34,276 nucleotides of DNA from Candidatus Aenigmatarchaeota archaeon (GTDB lineage Archaea > Aenigmatarchaeota > Aenigmatarchaeia > JACPZZ01). The notes below the pieces were generated by a model. It saw only the letters and a list, made by a program, of their open reading frames with translations, had not been told where the DNA came from and did no database searches. The DNA is taken from positions 1 to 34,276 of the forward strand of contig JACOVS010000023.1 of NCBI GenBank assembly GCA_016177205.1. Direction: 5' to 3'. Position 1 is the stretch's first letter. Each line of letters opens with the position of its first letter. The position numbers were made by a program, and so were the translations under genes. Shown one piece after another: positions 1 to 8,946 of the stretch.

Positions 1-2
1 CA

Positions 3-26
3 AATAGTTTGCTTTAGCAAACTATT
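3..26 (-). terminator. Perfect 10-bp stem / 4-nt loop hairpin about 20 nt downstream of the pheT stop
   Basis: aatagtttgc (3-12), loop ttta, gcaaactatt (17-26) are exact reverse complements. It lies just past the pheT stop. A related AGTTT(T)GC-loop-GCAAA(A)CT hairpin occurs at 21024-21043. Confidence 0.4.
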
Positions 27-48
27 CAGTATACGGTATGTTTCTAGC
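27..48. repeat. Copy of the 22-nt repeat cagtatacgRtatgYttctagc, also present at 12655-12676
   Basis: cggtatgtttctag (34-47) is identical to 12681-12694. The longer 22-mer differs from 12655-12676 by two transitions. The pheT stop codon (cta at 48-50, TAG on the minus strand) overlaps the repeat's 3' end (cta vs ctt at 12676-12678). Confidence 0.6.
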
Positions 49-1670
49 TACCCAACAACCATCTCAAAAACCGCAACCGGGTTTTCCAAGTACCAATTTC
101 CCAACACAGCAGGGTCAACTTCGCCGATAAAACCTATTTTCCCGCCATTAACCAGGATGTCGCCGCACCTGCCCTTTATCATCGAAGGGTGCGAGGAGTT
201 TTTTAGTGCGTAATTCATTCCGTAAAGCCGCATGAACGTTTCCAGCACGGATTTTATTTCGTTTATATCAGCGTCCTTGTGGCACAGCGCGACCGCGATT
301 TTTCGGATGTTGGAAGCGCCGGTTTCCGTCTTCGACAGCGAAACGCAGTCGCCTATTTCAAAAATCCTCTGGGGGTATTCGTTGTGCTTGTTGTCGCTCA
401 GGACAGCCATCAGCGAAGGGACAACGTATTTCCTGCAGGCGGTATAATCCTGCGTTTTCGGATTCATTATGGAGGCGCATCCCTCAACAGGGGCGTTCAT
501 CATTTTAAACTGTCTTTCGTTGTTAGTCAAGACAAAAGACACGGTTTCCTCCATACCAAGCCCGGCCATGATCTCCCTTATAACAGAGCACCTTTCCTGC
601 AGTTCGTCTCGCACAGCCATTGTGGGTATTTTCGGTATACGCGGTTCAAATTTTCCATAACCTATTGATATGGCCGCGTCTTCAACAACATCGATCTGGT
701 GCATGACATCGGTCCTGTAAAACGGTATTGATGCTACGCCGTTCGAAAACGCAATGCCCATTCTTGACAGAACAGGTTTCAATTCGCCTTCCTTCAGGTC
801 AGTATCGAGCAGGCCGTTCAAATAATCCATGCTTACCCCGATTTTTTGCGCGGCCGTGTCCGGCGTTATCTCCGTCTTCCCCGGATAAACGATTTTCACA
901 GCCTCGACATCCGCGCCGCGGTCCATCAGCGACGAACAAATTATGTTCAGGGTTTTGTTTATGTAATGCTTTGAGGTTCCCGTGACGTCTATGAACAGGC
1001 TCTTTGACCTGTCAGTTACGCGCGTAAGCTCGCCGTTTATTATAGGCGGAAAGCTTAACACGTCGTTTTTGGAATCCGTTATCACCGGAAGTCCTTTTTT
1101 GCCGTCAAGTACCCATCCGTGATCCAGTCCTTTCGGATGGCGTTGCAATATCTGCGCCAGGCTTAACGTCCCTTTCATATCCAGCGGAACAAAAGATATT
1201 TCGTCAGGCCCGTAAGCCGCGTACCTGAGGGGAAACCGTATCTTCGATGCGTCATGTATCCCGACAGCAACCCTTTCCCGTTTCCTTCCGAAAGTCTCGT
1301 GTATCTTCTCCTGGAACTGCATCAGGGATTTCAAAACACTGTCCGTTAATTTTATGTTGCGCACGATCGCGCACGCGACATACGGGCGTACGGACGACAC
1401 GGACTTGTCCACTTTTATTTCAAGGCGCGCCTTGGTTACGCCGTATTTTTTGCCGTCCGCACCGTTCATGAACGCTTTCAGCGCACGCGCAAAACCTTCG
1501 ACAGACAGCATGTCCGGCCTGTTGGGAAATATCTCAAAACTCGCGGACTCGGTTGTCAAGGACTCTGTCGTCACGCCCATCATCGGAATTTTATCCGTAT
1601 AGTCGGAGTCTTTTAATTTTTTTCCGGTTAGGCTTTCCAGATCCGCGCGCTCAAACGTAACAACCGACAT
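48..1670 (-). CDS. pheT: Phenylalanyl-tRNA synthetase beta subunit, archaeal type
   Basis: ORF 48..1784. The start is taken at MSVVTFERADLE (ATG at 1670), which gives a TAATG stop/start overlap with pheS. Length and B3/4-B5 plus catalytic-like core are typical of archaeal PheRS beta, and it sits directly downstream of pheS. Confidence 0.85.
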   Translation of the reverse strand: MSVVTFERADLESLTGKKLKDSDYTDKIPMMGVTTESLTTESASFEIFPNRPDMLSVEGFARALKAFMNGADGKKYGVTKARLEIKVDKSVSSVRPYVACAIVRNIKLTDSVLKSLMQFQEKIHETFGRKRERVAVGIHDASKIRFPLRYAAYGPDEISFVPLDMKGTLSLAQILQRHPKGLDHGWVLDGKKGLPVITDSKNDVLSFPPIINGELTRVTDRSKSLFIDVTGTSKHYINKTLNIICSSLMDRGADVEAVKIVYPGKTEITPDTAAQKIGVSMDYLNGLLDTDLKEGELKPVLSRMGIAFSNGVASIPFYRTDVMHQIDVVEDAAISIGYGKFEPRIPKIPTMAVRDELQERCSVIREIMAGLGMEETVSFVLTNNERQFKMMNAPVEGCASIMNPKTQDYTACRKYVVPSLMAVLSDNKHNEYPQRIFEIGDCVSLSKTETGASNIRKIAVALCHKDADINEIKSVLETFMRLYGMNYALKNSSHPSMIKGRCGDILVNGGKIGFIGEVDPAVLGNWYLENPVAVFEMVVG

Positions 1671-3145
1671 TACACCCTCACCTTCGTCGCTCTCAGCATG
1701 CCCAAATCGTTTTTGAAGTAGAAATTGCGTATGTCGTTCAATCCCGTTATCAGTGCGATCGGCCTTTCCAAGCTTAGGCCCCACGCCAGCACAGGAACGT
1801 CAACACCAAGAGGATTCGTAACCTCGGGCCTGAATATCCCGGCGCCGCCCAGCTCCACCCACTCCTGCTTGTCCTCAAAGTAAACCTCCGGCTCTACGCT
1901 CATTTCCGTGTACGGGAAATACGCCGGGCGGAATCTTATTTTTTCAAACCCCAGCCGCCAGTAAAATTCTTTCAGGTAGCCGAGCAGGTCGCGGAAAGTT
2001 ACGTTCTCGTCAGCGACAATTCCCTCGACCTGCGTGAATTCAGGGAGATGTTTGTAGTCGACAGTTTCGTTGCGAAACGCTCTTCCTATGCAGAAAATTT
2101 TTGCGGGCGGCTTCAGCCCGTACAAGCTTCTGGCAGAAACAGCGGTGGTATGCGTCCTCATCACAGGTTTTTTCGCAATATCCTCGGACCATTTGTACGC
2201 CCACCCAGTCGAACCGGCAGTGCCGGACTCGTGCGCCTTTTTTACCCCGGCCACGAGGGGTTTGTCCGGTAATTCGGATTTAAAGGGTTTTTCCATGTAA
2301 AACGTATCCGCTAACTCCCGTGACGGATGGTCTTGGGGCTGGTACAGCGCATCGAAACACCAGAAGCTTGATTCGACCAAGGGCCCGGACGCCTCCTTGA
2401 ATCCCATATCGAGAAATATGTTTCTTATTTTTTCAGCCCAGACAGTCGTTATGTGCTTCTTTCCGGTTATTAGCCTCCCGGAAGGTTGAGTCACGTCGTA
2501 AGGCCTCAAGCCCTGTTTCCATTGTCCCGATTTTATTATTTCCGGGGTAAGCTTTCCTATATCGGGTCCGAACCCAGTGCGCCGGAACAAACTTGATTCG
2601 GACAACCCCTTGCCAGTTAGCGATATGAATTCTTCCTTAACAATCTTTTCAGAAACCAGCCCCCTGGTTTTGAACTCTTCCATCCTGTCTTTAGGTATTT
2701 CATTACCAATGCGCAGGTCATTTAGAAAATGTTTGTCTTTGTCGACATCTTCCGGATCCGAAGACGTTTCGGCTACACCGTTTACAATTTGTATCCAGCC
2801 TTTTTTCTTGGCCCACATTATTGCTATATCAAGGCCTTTAAGATCCTTTATTTTGACAGGGCCTTTTATTTTGACCTGCCTGTATAGGCTGCTTTCCGGT
2901 AAGCCGCGGGCGGCGTATTTTTTACCTTCTTCTGTTAGGGCGTAAGAACTCTTTTCTTCGGTTGTTATTTTAACCAGTTCTTTGTTACTCAAACGGAGAG
3001 CAGCTTTCCTGACAGAATCTTCGTTTAACCCGGTTTCTCTGGAAATAGTTTCCACGTTGTAGGAGCCCGAGCCGGTTCCCCCGCCCAGCGTGCGAATACA
3101 TTCAAGCAACTTTGTTTCGTGTGGATGATAAATGCCGCCCATCAA
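1670..3145 (-). CDS. pheS: Phenylalanyl-tRNA synthetase alpha subunit
   Basis: 491 aa with N-terminal winged-helix repeats and a class II core (FRNETVDYKHLPEFTQVEG, GAGIFRPEV, LAWGLSLERP). Confidence 0.9.
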   Translation of the reverse strand: MMGGIYHPHETKLLECIRTLGGGTGSGSYNVETISRETGLNEDSVRKAALRLSNKELVKITTEEKSSYALTEEGKKYAARGLPESSLYRQVKIKGPVKIKDLKGLDIAIMWAKKKGWIQIVNGVAETSSDPEDVDKDKHFLNDLRIGNEIPKDRMEEFKTRGLVSEKIVKEEFISLTGKGLSESSLFRRTGFGPDIGKLTPEIIKSGQWKQGLRPYDVTQPSGRLITGKKHITTVWAEKIRNIFLDMGFKEASGPLVESSFWCFDALYQPQDHPSRELADTFYMEKPFKSELPDKPLVAGVKKAHESGTAGSTGWAYKWSEDIAKKPVMRTHTTAVSARSLYGLKPPAKIFCIGRAFRNETVDYKHLPEFTQVEGIVADENVTFRDLLGYLKEFYWRLGFEKIRFRPAYFPYTEMSVEPEVYFEDKQEWVELGGAGIFRPEVTNPLGVDVPVLAWGLSLERPIALITGLNDIRNFYFKNDLGMLRATKVRV

Positions 3146-3199
3146 AACACCATGAACTAAACTTTGGATGTTAGATATTAAAGAAATTGGTCAAAAGGC

Positions 3200-4468
3200 T
3201 TAATAAGACGCGGAAGGTTTGCGGCGCATCTTAAAATTAAGATAGTCCCTGAGGTACCTGATGAAAACCTTTACATACAGGCCGAGGGGTATTTGAAAAC
3301 TGGCCGTGGTGTGCGTGGCGTCTGAAAACGCAGACGTGGCCATCTTCATCGAGTTTTTGTCCAGGCTTAATTCCTCAACCAATGCGTTGAACATGATGGC
3401 GTTTTTTCCGAATTTTTGGAACTTGTAGCTTGTCCGGAACTCTTTTTCCATCAGCCTGTCGATCCTAACCTCGTACTCCCCGAGCGTTCCATAAGAAAAG
3501 TCGTTCTTTTCCACAGCAGTTGATATCACTTCGGCGGCTTGTTTTCCGCTCAGCAGCGCGTTGCCTATGCCTTCCCCTGTGAAGGGGTCGATAAGCGACG
3601 CGGCGTCGCCGACAAGGATAAATCCGTCGCCGGCCCGTTTCCTTTTCTGCGCCCCTGTTGGCAGGTTCCATCCCTTTACTTCTGAAACCTGTTTCGCGTT
3701 TTTGAATCTGGGGGCGAACCTGGATTTTTTCACGATCTCGTCAAGCTTTTCCTTAAGGTTCAGTTTTCTTTTCGGTACATCGCCGGCGACAACGGCGATC
3801 CCGACATTTGAAACATTGTTCCCGGCCGGAAATATCCAGAAATAACCGGGCAGCAATTCCTCCAGAAAATGGAATTCTATGCGGTCCCTTAAGCCGGCAA
3901 CGTTTTCGTAATAGGCCCTGACAGAAACCAGCGAACGGTCCGGTTTGAACTCATTCAGCCCGAGCTTGCGTGCTACAATTGAGTTAGCGCCGTCAGCGCC
4001 TACGACGACTTTGGCGCGGAATTCTTTTTCCTCGCCGTTTTCCGTGCCCTTTACGCCGATCGTCTTTCCGTTTTCAATGACAAGGTCTGTAACCGAAAAG
4101 TTCTCAATCACATCAGCTTTCTTTTTTGCCTCCTGGAATAGTATGTTGTCGAAAATCAGCCTTTTGCAGACATAGGTGGACGTTTCAACCGGTTTGTTGT
4201 CCGCGTTGGAATCCAGGGACACGCCGGACGGCGAAGACGTTATCAGCCCGTTTATCTTTTCGTGCTGCCCTTCCGCGATTTCACTTTCTATGCCCAATTC
4301 CGCCAGCACGCCCGAGGATTTTCCTGTTATCCCGTCGCCGCACGTTTTATCCCTCGGAAACGACGCTTTATCAACAAGAAGCGTTTTGACCCCTTTTCTG
4401 CCCAGAAATATGGCGCACGATGAGCCCGAAGGCCCGGCGCCGACCACTATCGCGTCGTAATCCTGCAT
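3200..4468 (-). CDS. Geranylgeranyl reductase family flavoprotein (archaeal lipid saturation)
   Basis: N-terminal FAD motif YDAIVVGAGPSGSSCA, internal GADGANS and GDAASLIDPFTGEGI motifs, 422 aa. Confidence 0.8.
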   Translation of the reverse strand: MQDYDAIVVGAGPSGSSCAIFLGRKGVKTLLVDKASFPRDKTCGDGITGKSSGVLAELGIESEIAEGQHEKINGLITSSPSGVSLDSNADNKPVETSTYVCKRLIFDNILFQEAKKKADVIENFSVTDLVIENGKTIGVKGTENGEEKEFRAKVVVGADGANSIVARKLGLNEFKPDRSLVSVRAYYENVAGLRDRIEFHFLEELLPGYFWIFPAGNNVSNVGIAVVAGDVPKRKLNLKEKLDEIVKKSRFAPRFKNAKQVSEVKGWNLPTGAQKRKRAGDGFILVGDAASLIDPFTGEGIGNALLSGKQAAEVISTAVEKNDFSYGTLGEYEVRIDRLMEKEFRTSYKFQKFGKNAIMFNALVEELSLDKNSMKMATSAFSDATHTTASFQIPLGLYVKVFIRYLRDYLNFKMRRKPSASY

Positions 4469-4512
4469 AAGATCAAAATAGATTTAATACATGGGTTTAA
4501 TAAGTATTTGTT
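4469..4512. promoter_or_regulatory. 44-bp divergent promoter region between the reductase gene and the GT2 gene
   Basis: AT-rich TATA-like boxes are present in both orientations (tttaataagtat before the plus-strand ATG at 4513; tattaaat on the minus strand before the ATG at 4468). The spacing implies very short or absent leaders. Confidence 0.35.
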
Positions 4513-5223
4513 ATGAAGTTTTCCTTTGTCATACCCGCCTACAACGAGGAGGGTTATCTTGACGGATGCATAGAATCCATAAAGGCCCAGAACGCCGGGC
4601 GTTACGAGATAATAGTGTGCTATTCCCCGTCAAGCGACAGGACGCTGGAAATAGCGAAACGCCACGGCGTAAAGATAGTCACGATACCAAAGTCATGCCC
4701 GGGCAAGGCGCGCAACGCGGGCGCGCGGGCTGCGACAGGAGAGTATCTGGTTTTTCTTGACGCAGACGTGCAGATACCCGGGAACTTTCTGCGTTCCACG
4801 ATTAAGCACGTCAGGCGCGGCTGCGTCGCGGTCGGGTACAGGTCGGAATGGCGCGACGGGGACGGATTACTGGACATATTCAACGAGGTTGTAACAAACC
4901 CGTTTTCAAAATACGCCAAGGTGCTGTTCGTGTGTTGCACCATAAAAAAATCCGCCTTTGAAAAAACCGGGGGCTACGATGAAAACATAACGGCAAACGA
5001 GGAATGGGGGCTTTCGAAAAGGCTAAAATCCCTCGGCAGGATAGTTTTTGACGAAAACGCACCGATAAAATCCTCTGCGAGGAGGTTCCACAAGCTGGGA
5101 AAATTAAGGACGTTTGCAGTTTATTCTTCATGGTTCCTTATGGGGCATGTGTTGGGAAGGGACGTGAGGTATTTCCACCTGTCCGACATGGACCGGCGGG
5201 CCGATGTCAGTCACGAAGCATGA
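4513..5223 (+). CDS. Family 2 glycosyltransferase (GT-A fold)
   Basis: FSFVIPAYNEEGYL at the N-terminus and a FLDADV (DxD) motif; 236 aa. Confidence 0.8.
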   Translation: MKFSFVIPAYNEEGYLDGCIESIKAQNAGRYEIIVCYSPSSDRTLEIAKRHGVKIVTIPKSCPGKARNAGARAATGEYLVFLDADVQIPGNFLRSTIKHVRRGCVAVGYRSEWRDGDGLLDIFNEVVTNPFSKYAKVLFVCCTIKKSAFEKTGGYDENITANEEWGLSKRLKSLGRIVFDENAPIKSSARRFHKLGKLRTFAVYSSWFLMGHVLGRDVRYFHLSDMDRRADVSHEA

Positions 5224-6325
5224 AGTCCTCTATTCTGGTTTTTGCTTCTTCCCTTCTGGCCCGGTGTTCCGATAAAAATTCGTTTATTGTGTCAACGGTT
5301 ATTTGTTTCAATTCCCCGGTGAGCATCTTGCCGGACTTGTAATCATCGTAGATTTTTTTGAGTTTGTTGGAGTCCTCCAAAAAATATGTCAGGTATTGGT
5401 AGGAAACGTCGACCTCGGGAACGCCGCCCGTTTTCCTGTGTTCCGCAGCGCTTTCGCGCCCGCCGGAAAACGCATATCTCATTATTTTATCCCTGACAAC
5501 ATTTTCGCTGTCCGTCGAAAATATGGCAGTATTTTCAATCGACGATGACATCTTGCCGCCCTCCGTGAGGCCGGGCAGGAAGCGGGACAGTATAGTTGCG
5601 GGCTTGGGAAATCCTATTCCCGCAGCCACGTCTCTTGTCAGGCGAAAATGCACATCCTGATCTATAGCGCACGGAATCAGGCAGCGCGTAGGCTCGTTTT
5701 CCATTATCGTCGGCAAAAACGCAGGAACGGATTGCATGCAGGTGTAGAAAAACTCCCCGACGTTATTGGAATCCTTCAGGCCGAAGAGTGATTTTAAAGT
5801 CGATATGTTCGTTCTCTTGGCGACCATGCAGGCCGTTTTGTACATGTGGCCGGCGTATTCCGTATCAAGAAATACTTTAGTTTTCTTCGGGTCAAAGCCC
5901 ATGGCGATAATATCCAGCGTGTTTTCATACGCCCATTTTTTCGTGTCGTCAAAGGTAAGGTTATCCTTGAAAAGGAATTTTTCCTCGTCCGGTATCTGGA
6001 ATAGCAGCGTCGCACCGAATTTGTCTTGCAGCCATCTGGTGAATATCCAGGGCACCAAATGGCCCAAGTGGACAGGCCCCGAAGGCGCGCGTCCGGTGTA
6101 TAAATAGAATTTGTTGCCCTTTTTTGCCTCGGCCAGTATCTCGTCGAAGTATGTGTGCGCAAAGAATATCTTTCTTTTAAGGAAATAGTGGAGTTCGCCG
6201 GCCTCTTTTTCGAGGCCCTTAAGTATTTTATCGTCCAGGTGCTTTACGCCAAAGTCGCGCGTCAGCTTTTCATAATCTATATCGCCTTTAACCTCCCACG
6301 GCGTAACTACGAAGTCTTTTTTCAT
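5207..6325 (-). CDS. trpS: Tryptophanyl-tRNA synthetase (archaeal/eukaryotic type)
   Basis: HIGH-like GPVHLGHLVP, KMSKS-like GKMSSS, and the FQIPDEEKF block. The start is chosen at MKKDF (ATG at 6325), which forms an ATGA overlap with the trpA stop. The ORF track extends to 6352. Confidence 0.85.
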   Translation of the reverse strand: MKKDFVVTPWEVKGDIDYEKLTRDFGVKHLDDKILKGLEKEAGELHYFLKRKIFFAHTYFDEILAEAKKGNKFYLYTGRAPSGPVHLGHLVPWIFTRWLQDKFGATLLFQIPDEEKFLFKDNLTFDDTKKWAYENTLDIIAMGFDPKKTKVFLDTEYAGHMYKTACMVAKRTNISTLKSLFGLKDSNNVGEFFYTCMQSVPAFLPTIMENEPTRCLIPCAIDQDVHFRLTRDVAAGIGFPKPATILSRFLPGLTEGGKMSSSIENTAIFSTDSENVVRDKIMRYAFSGGRESAAEHRKTGGVPEVDVSYQYLTYFLEDSNKLKKIYDDYKSGKMLTGELKQITVDTINEFLSEHRARREEAKTRIEDFMLRD

Positions 6326-7098
6326 AGGCTCAAGCTTCTCAACGACCTGCAAAATTCTCCTATATCATCTAACATCGAATATTTGTCATTTAAACCTTGC
6401 TCTATGCGCCCGACCAGGGCGCTCCCAACAACGGCGGCGTCAAATCCGTAGGAAAACGCATCCGCAACTTGTTGCGGGTTTGAAATTCCAAAACCAAGAG
6501 CCAGCGGCTTGTCGCACACCAACTTCACTTTTTTGGAGAAGCCCGCCAGTCCTGGATCCAGATACTCCCTAGCGCCGGTTGTACCAAAAACGGAGGTCGC
6601 GTAAACAAATCCGGAAGACGTATTGGTTATTAATCTAATCCTTTCCAATTCACAGTTTCTGGACACTACGAAAATCAAATTGATACCTTGTAGAAAATCG
6701 GTGATAAAATCGGCCTCTTCGGGCGGCATGTCTACGACAATAATTCCGTCAACGTTGCTGTTCGAGGCCTTTCTGCAGAATTTTTCTATCCCGTATTTGT
6801 ATACGGGGTTGTAGTAAGTCATTATTGCCACAGGCCTTTTCAGGGCAGAACACATCTGAAATATGTCGTCGATTATTATTTTGGACGACAGCGCCCTGTT
6901 GTTGGCTTTTTGTATTACTGGCCCGTCGGCCAAGGGATCGCTGAAAGGTATTCCCAATTCTATTATGTCCGCGTGTTTTTCCATGCGTCCGGCTATTTCT
7001 ATGCTCGTCCGCAGGTCGGGGTCGCCCCCGCAAGTGTATAATACCAGTGATTTATCGTTTTTCCTGAACACGTCATCGATTCGCGTCATTTTCAACAC
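6322..7098 (-). CDS. trpA: Tryptophan synthase alpha chain
   Basis: [17 protein letters not shown] motif, 258 aa, overlaps the trpB 3' end. Confidence 0.85.
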   Translation of the reverse strand: MLKMTRIDDVFRKNDKSLVLYTCGGDPDLRTSIEIAGRMEKHADIIELGIPFSDPLADGPVIQKANNRALSSKIIIDDIFQMCSALKRPVAIMTYYNPVYKYGIEKFCRKASNSNVDGIIVVDMPPEEADFITDFLQGINLIFVVSRNCELERIRLITNTSSGFVYATSVFGTTGAREYLDPGLAGFSKKVKLVCDKPLALGFGISNPQQVADAFSYGFDAAVVGSALVGRIEQGLNDKYSMLDDIGEFCRSLRSLSL

Positions 7099-8254
7099 CT
7101 TCCAAGATATCCAAATCCTTGTCGCCTCTCCCGGAAAGGTTTACTATAATTATTGAATCCTTTCCGAGGCGTTCGGAAATTCCTAATGCATGAGCAATCG
7201 CATGCGACGGCTCTAAGGCGGGTATTATCCCTTCCAGCTTTGACGTGATCCTGAACGCCTCTACGGCTTCTTTGTCCGTAATGGCGGCGTATTCAACCCT
7301 TCCGTTGTCTTTTAAAAAGGCGTGCTCTGGCCCCACCCCAGGGTAATCCAACCCGGCGGATATGCTGTGGACATCTTTGACGTTTCCAAACTCGTCCTGA
7401 AGAACATAACTGAAAGAGCCGTGTAGAACCCCTTTGCTGCCTCTGGAAATCGTTGCCGCGTGCGAGCCTGTGTTTAATCCGAGTCCGCCAGCTTCCACAC
7501 CTATCAATCTTACTTCTTTGTCGCTCAGGAATTCGTTGAAAATTCCTATGGCATTGCTCCCCCCGCCCACACACGCCACGATAGCGTCCGGCAACCTTCC
7601 CTCGCACACCATTATTTGCTCCTTTGTTTCTTCGCCTATGATCTTCTGGAATTCCTTTACCATCGTCGGGTATGGATGCGGCCCCACAACAGAACCAATC
7701 ATGTAATAAGTATTTTCGACGTTTGTTATCCAGTCCCGCAGGGCCTCGTTTATCGCATCTTTTAGTTTTTTAGCACCGCTGTTCACGATATTGATTTTTG
7801 CCCCGCACAATTTCATGCGCAGAACGTTTGGTTTTTGTCTAACCACGTCCTCCGCACCCATGAATACTTCGCATTTCAGGCCCAGCGTCGCGCATGCCAT
7901 TGCCGCAGCTACGCCATGCTGGCCCGCGCCGGTTTCAGCTATTATCCTTGTCTTTCCCATCTCCGCCGCCAGCAGGGCCTGTCCCAGCGTATTGTTAATT
8001 TTATGCGCCCCGCCGTGCAATAAATCTTCTCTCTTTAGGAAAATCTTTGACCCGGACAACCCGCTTAAACGTTTTGCGAAGTACAACGGTGTAGGCCGTC
8101 CGGCGTAATTGTTTAGCAGATAATTTAATTTTATCTTAAAACTCGGGTCATTCCGGACCCTTTCAAATGCCTTTTCCAGCTCTTCCAGATTTTTAACCAG
8201 GATTTCAGGAACAAACCTGCCCCCGAACTCGCCGAACTCCCTTTCCATATTCAT
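7073..8254 (-). CDS. trpB: Tryptophan synthase beta chain
   Basis: GRFVPE..., [27 protein letters not shown] (PLP lysine motif), GGGSNAIG; 393 aa. Confidence 0.9.
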   Translation of the reverse strand: MNMEREFGEFGGRFVPEILVKNLEELEKAFERVRNDPSFKIKLNYLLNNYAGRPTPLYFAKRLSGLSGSKIFLKREDLLHGGAHKINNTLGQALLAAEMGKTRIIAETGAGQHGVAAAMACATLGLKCEVFMGAEDVVRQKPNVLRMKLCGAKINIVNSGAKKLKDAINEALRDWITNVENTYYMIGSVVGPHPYPTMVKEFQKIIGEETKEQIMVCEGRLPDAIVACVGGGSNAIGIFNEFLSDKEVRLIGVEAGGLGLNTGSHAATISRGSKGVLHGSFSYVLQDEFGNVKDVHSISAGLDYPGVGPEHAFLKDNGRVEYAAITDKEAVEAFRITSKLEGIIPALEPSHAIAHALGISERLGKDSIIIVNLSGRGDKDLDILEGVENDANR

Positions 8255-8565
8255 CTGCCCAGCGGGTCTCTGATATCAACAAATCTGCTGATTCTGTTTT
8301 TGTAAAGCACGTTGCAATCTTCCGGGAAATGCGTAAGCAGGTGTCCGTCCGCAGCGTTGATATAACCGTATTTCCTGCGTACACATTCAGCCTGCGAAGG
8401 CCCCAGCCCGGAATATTCGATTCCAATAGCAGAGAAGTTTATATCATCCCTGTTCCGGCCCACCAGTTCTATGAAGCCTCTAACCTCGTCGTATGCGAGA
8501 AGTTTACCCATCAGCCTGAGTACATTCCCCTCCAAGGTGACAGCAGCGCGGCCGTTGCTATTCAT
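8251..8565 (-). CDS. Hypothetical 104-aa protein, translationally coupled upstream of trpB
   Basis: ORF 8251..8616. ATG at 8565 (MNSNGRAAV) is preferred because it overlaps the stop of the upstream wHTH-like reading frame. There is a 4-nt overlap with the trpB start. No family recognised. Confidence 0.45.
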   Translation of the reverse strand: MNSNGRAAVTLEGNVLRLMGKLLAYDEVRGFIELVGRNRDDINFSAIGIEYSGLGPSQAECVRRKYGYINAADGHLLTHFPEDCNVLYKNRISRFVDIRDPLGR

Positions 8566-8860
8566 CCTGGCCGCCCTCCAAAATCTTGCGAAAATACCTG
8601 CCGATCCCGGTGTCAACCAGGGGTTTGCCTCGTGTATCTGCGCACCCGAAATCCAAAAGCCCTAGCCCTTTCAACCTTCTTAGAACAACTTTGGCGGTGC
8701 TCTGGGGATAGCCAAGCGACCCTATACCTTTTACCGCGCCAGAAAACGTTCTTCCAAAAAATCTGAAAGATTCAAGGAAAATCTTGCGCTCGTTTTCGGT
8801 GAAAGACCTGTCTAAGAAAATCTTAAATTCTTTTTCCGGAAGTCCAAAGACACTCGCCTT
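8558..8860 (-). CDS. Winged-helix-like reading frame (about 100 codons) without a canonical start codon; possibly a frameshifted gene
   Basis: My translation of the minus strand: ...[95 protein letters not shown]. It is open from the TGA at 8861-8863 to the TAG at 8558-8560. The first in-frame ATG/GTG/TTG is about two thirds of the way in. An ATG at 8867 is in another frame and could join it through an A5 run. Confidence 0.3.
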   Translation of the reverse strand, partial: KASVFGLPEKEFKIFLDRSFTENERKIFLESFRFFGRTFSGAVKGIGSLGYPQSTAKVVLRRLKGLGLLDFGCADTRGKPLVDTGIGRYFRKILEGGQDE

Positions 8861-8946
8861 TCACCATCTTTATCAAACTTTAATTGCAGAGAAACCCTTA
8901 AATAAGCATCGGACAAGAATCTTGTCCAGAGGATATTTATTACCCG

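Noticed and set aside
1671-1784. N-terminal extensions proposed by the ORF track (pheT to 1784, endA to 12627, NMD3-like to 21048, TadC-like to 24738, HTH regulator to 34275)
   Set aside because: Each extension overlaps an upstream gene, a hairpin or repeat, or a tRNA. Each has Arg/His-rich composition unlike the rest of the protein. Internal ATGs give canonical family N-termini and tight stop/start junctions.
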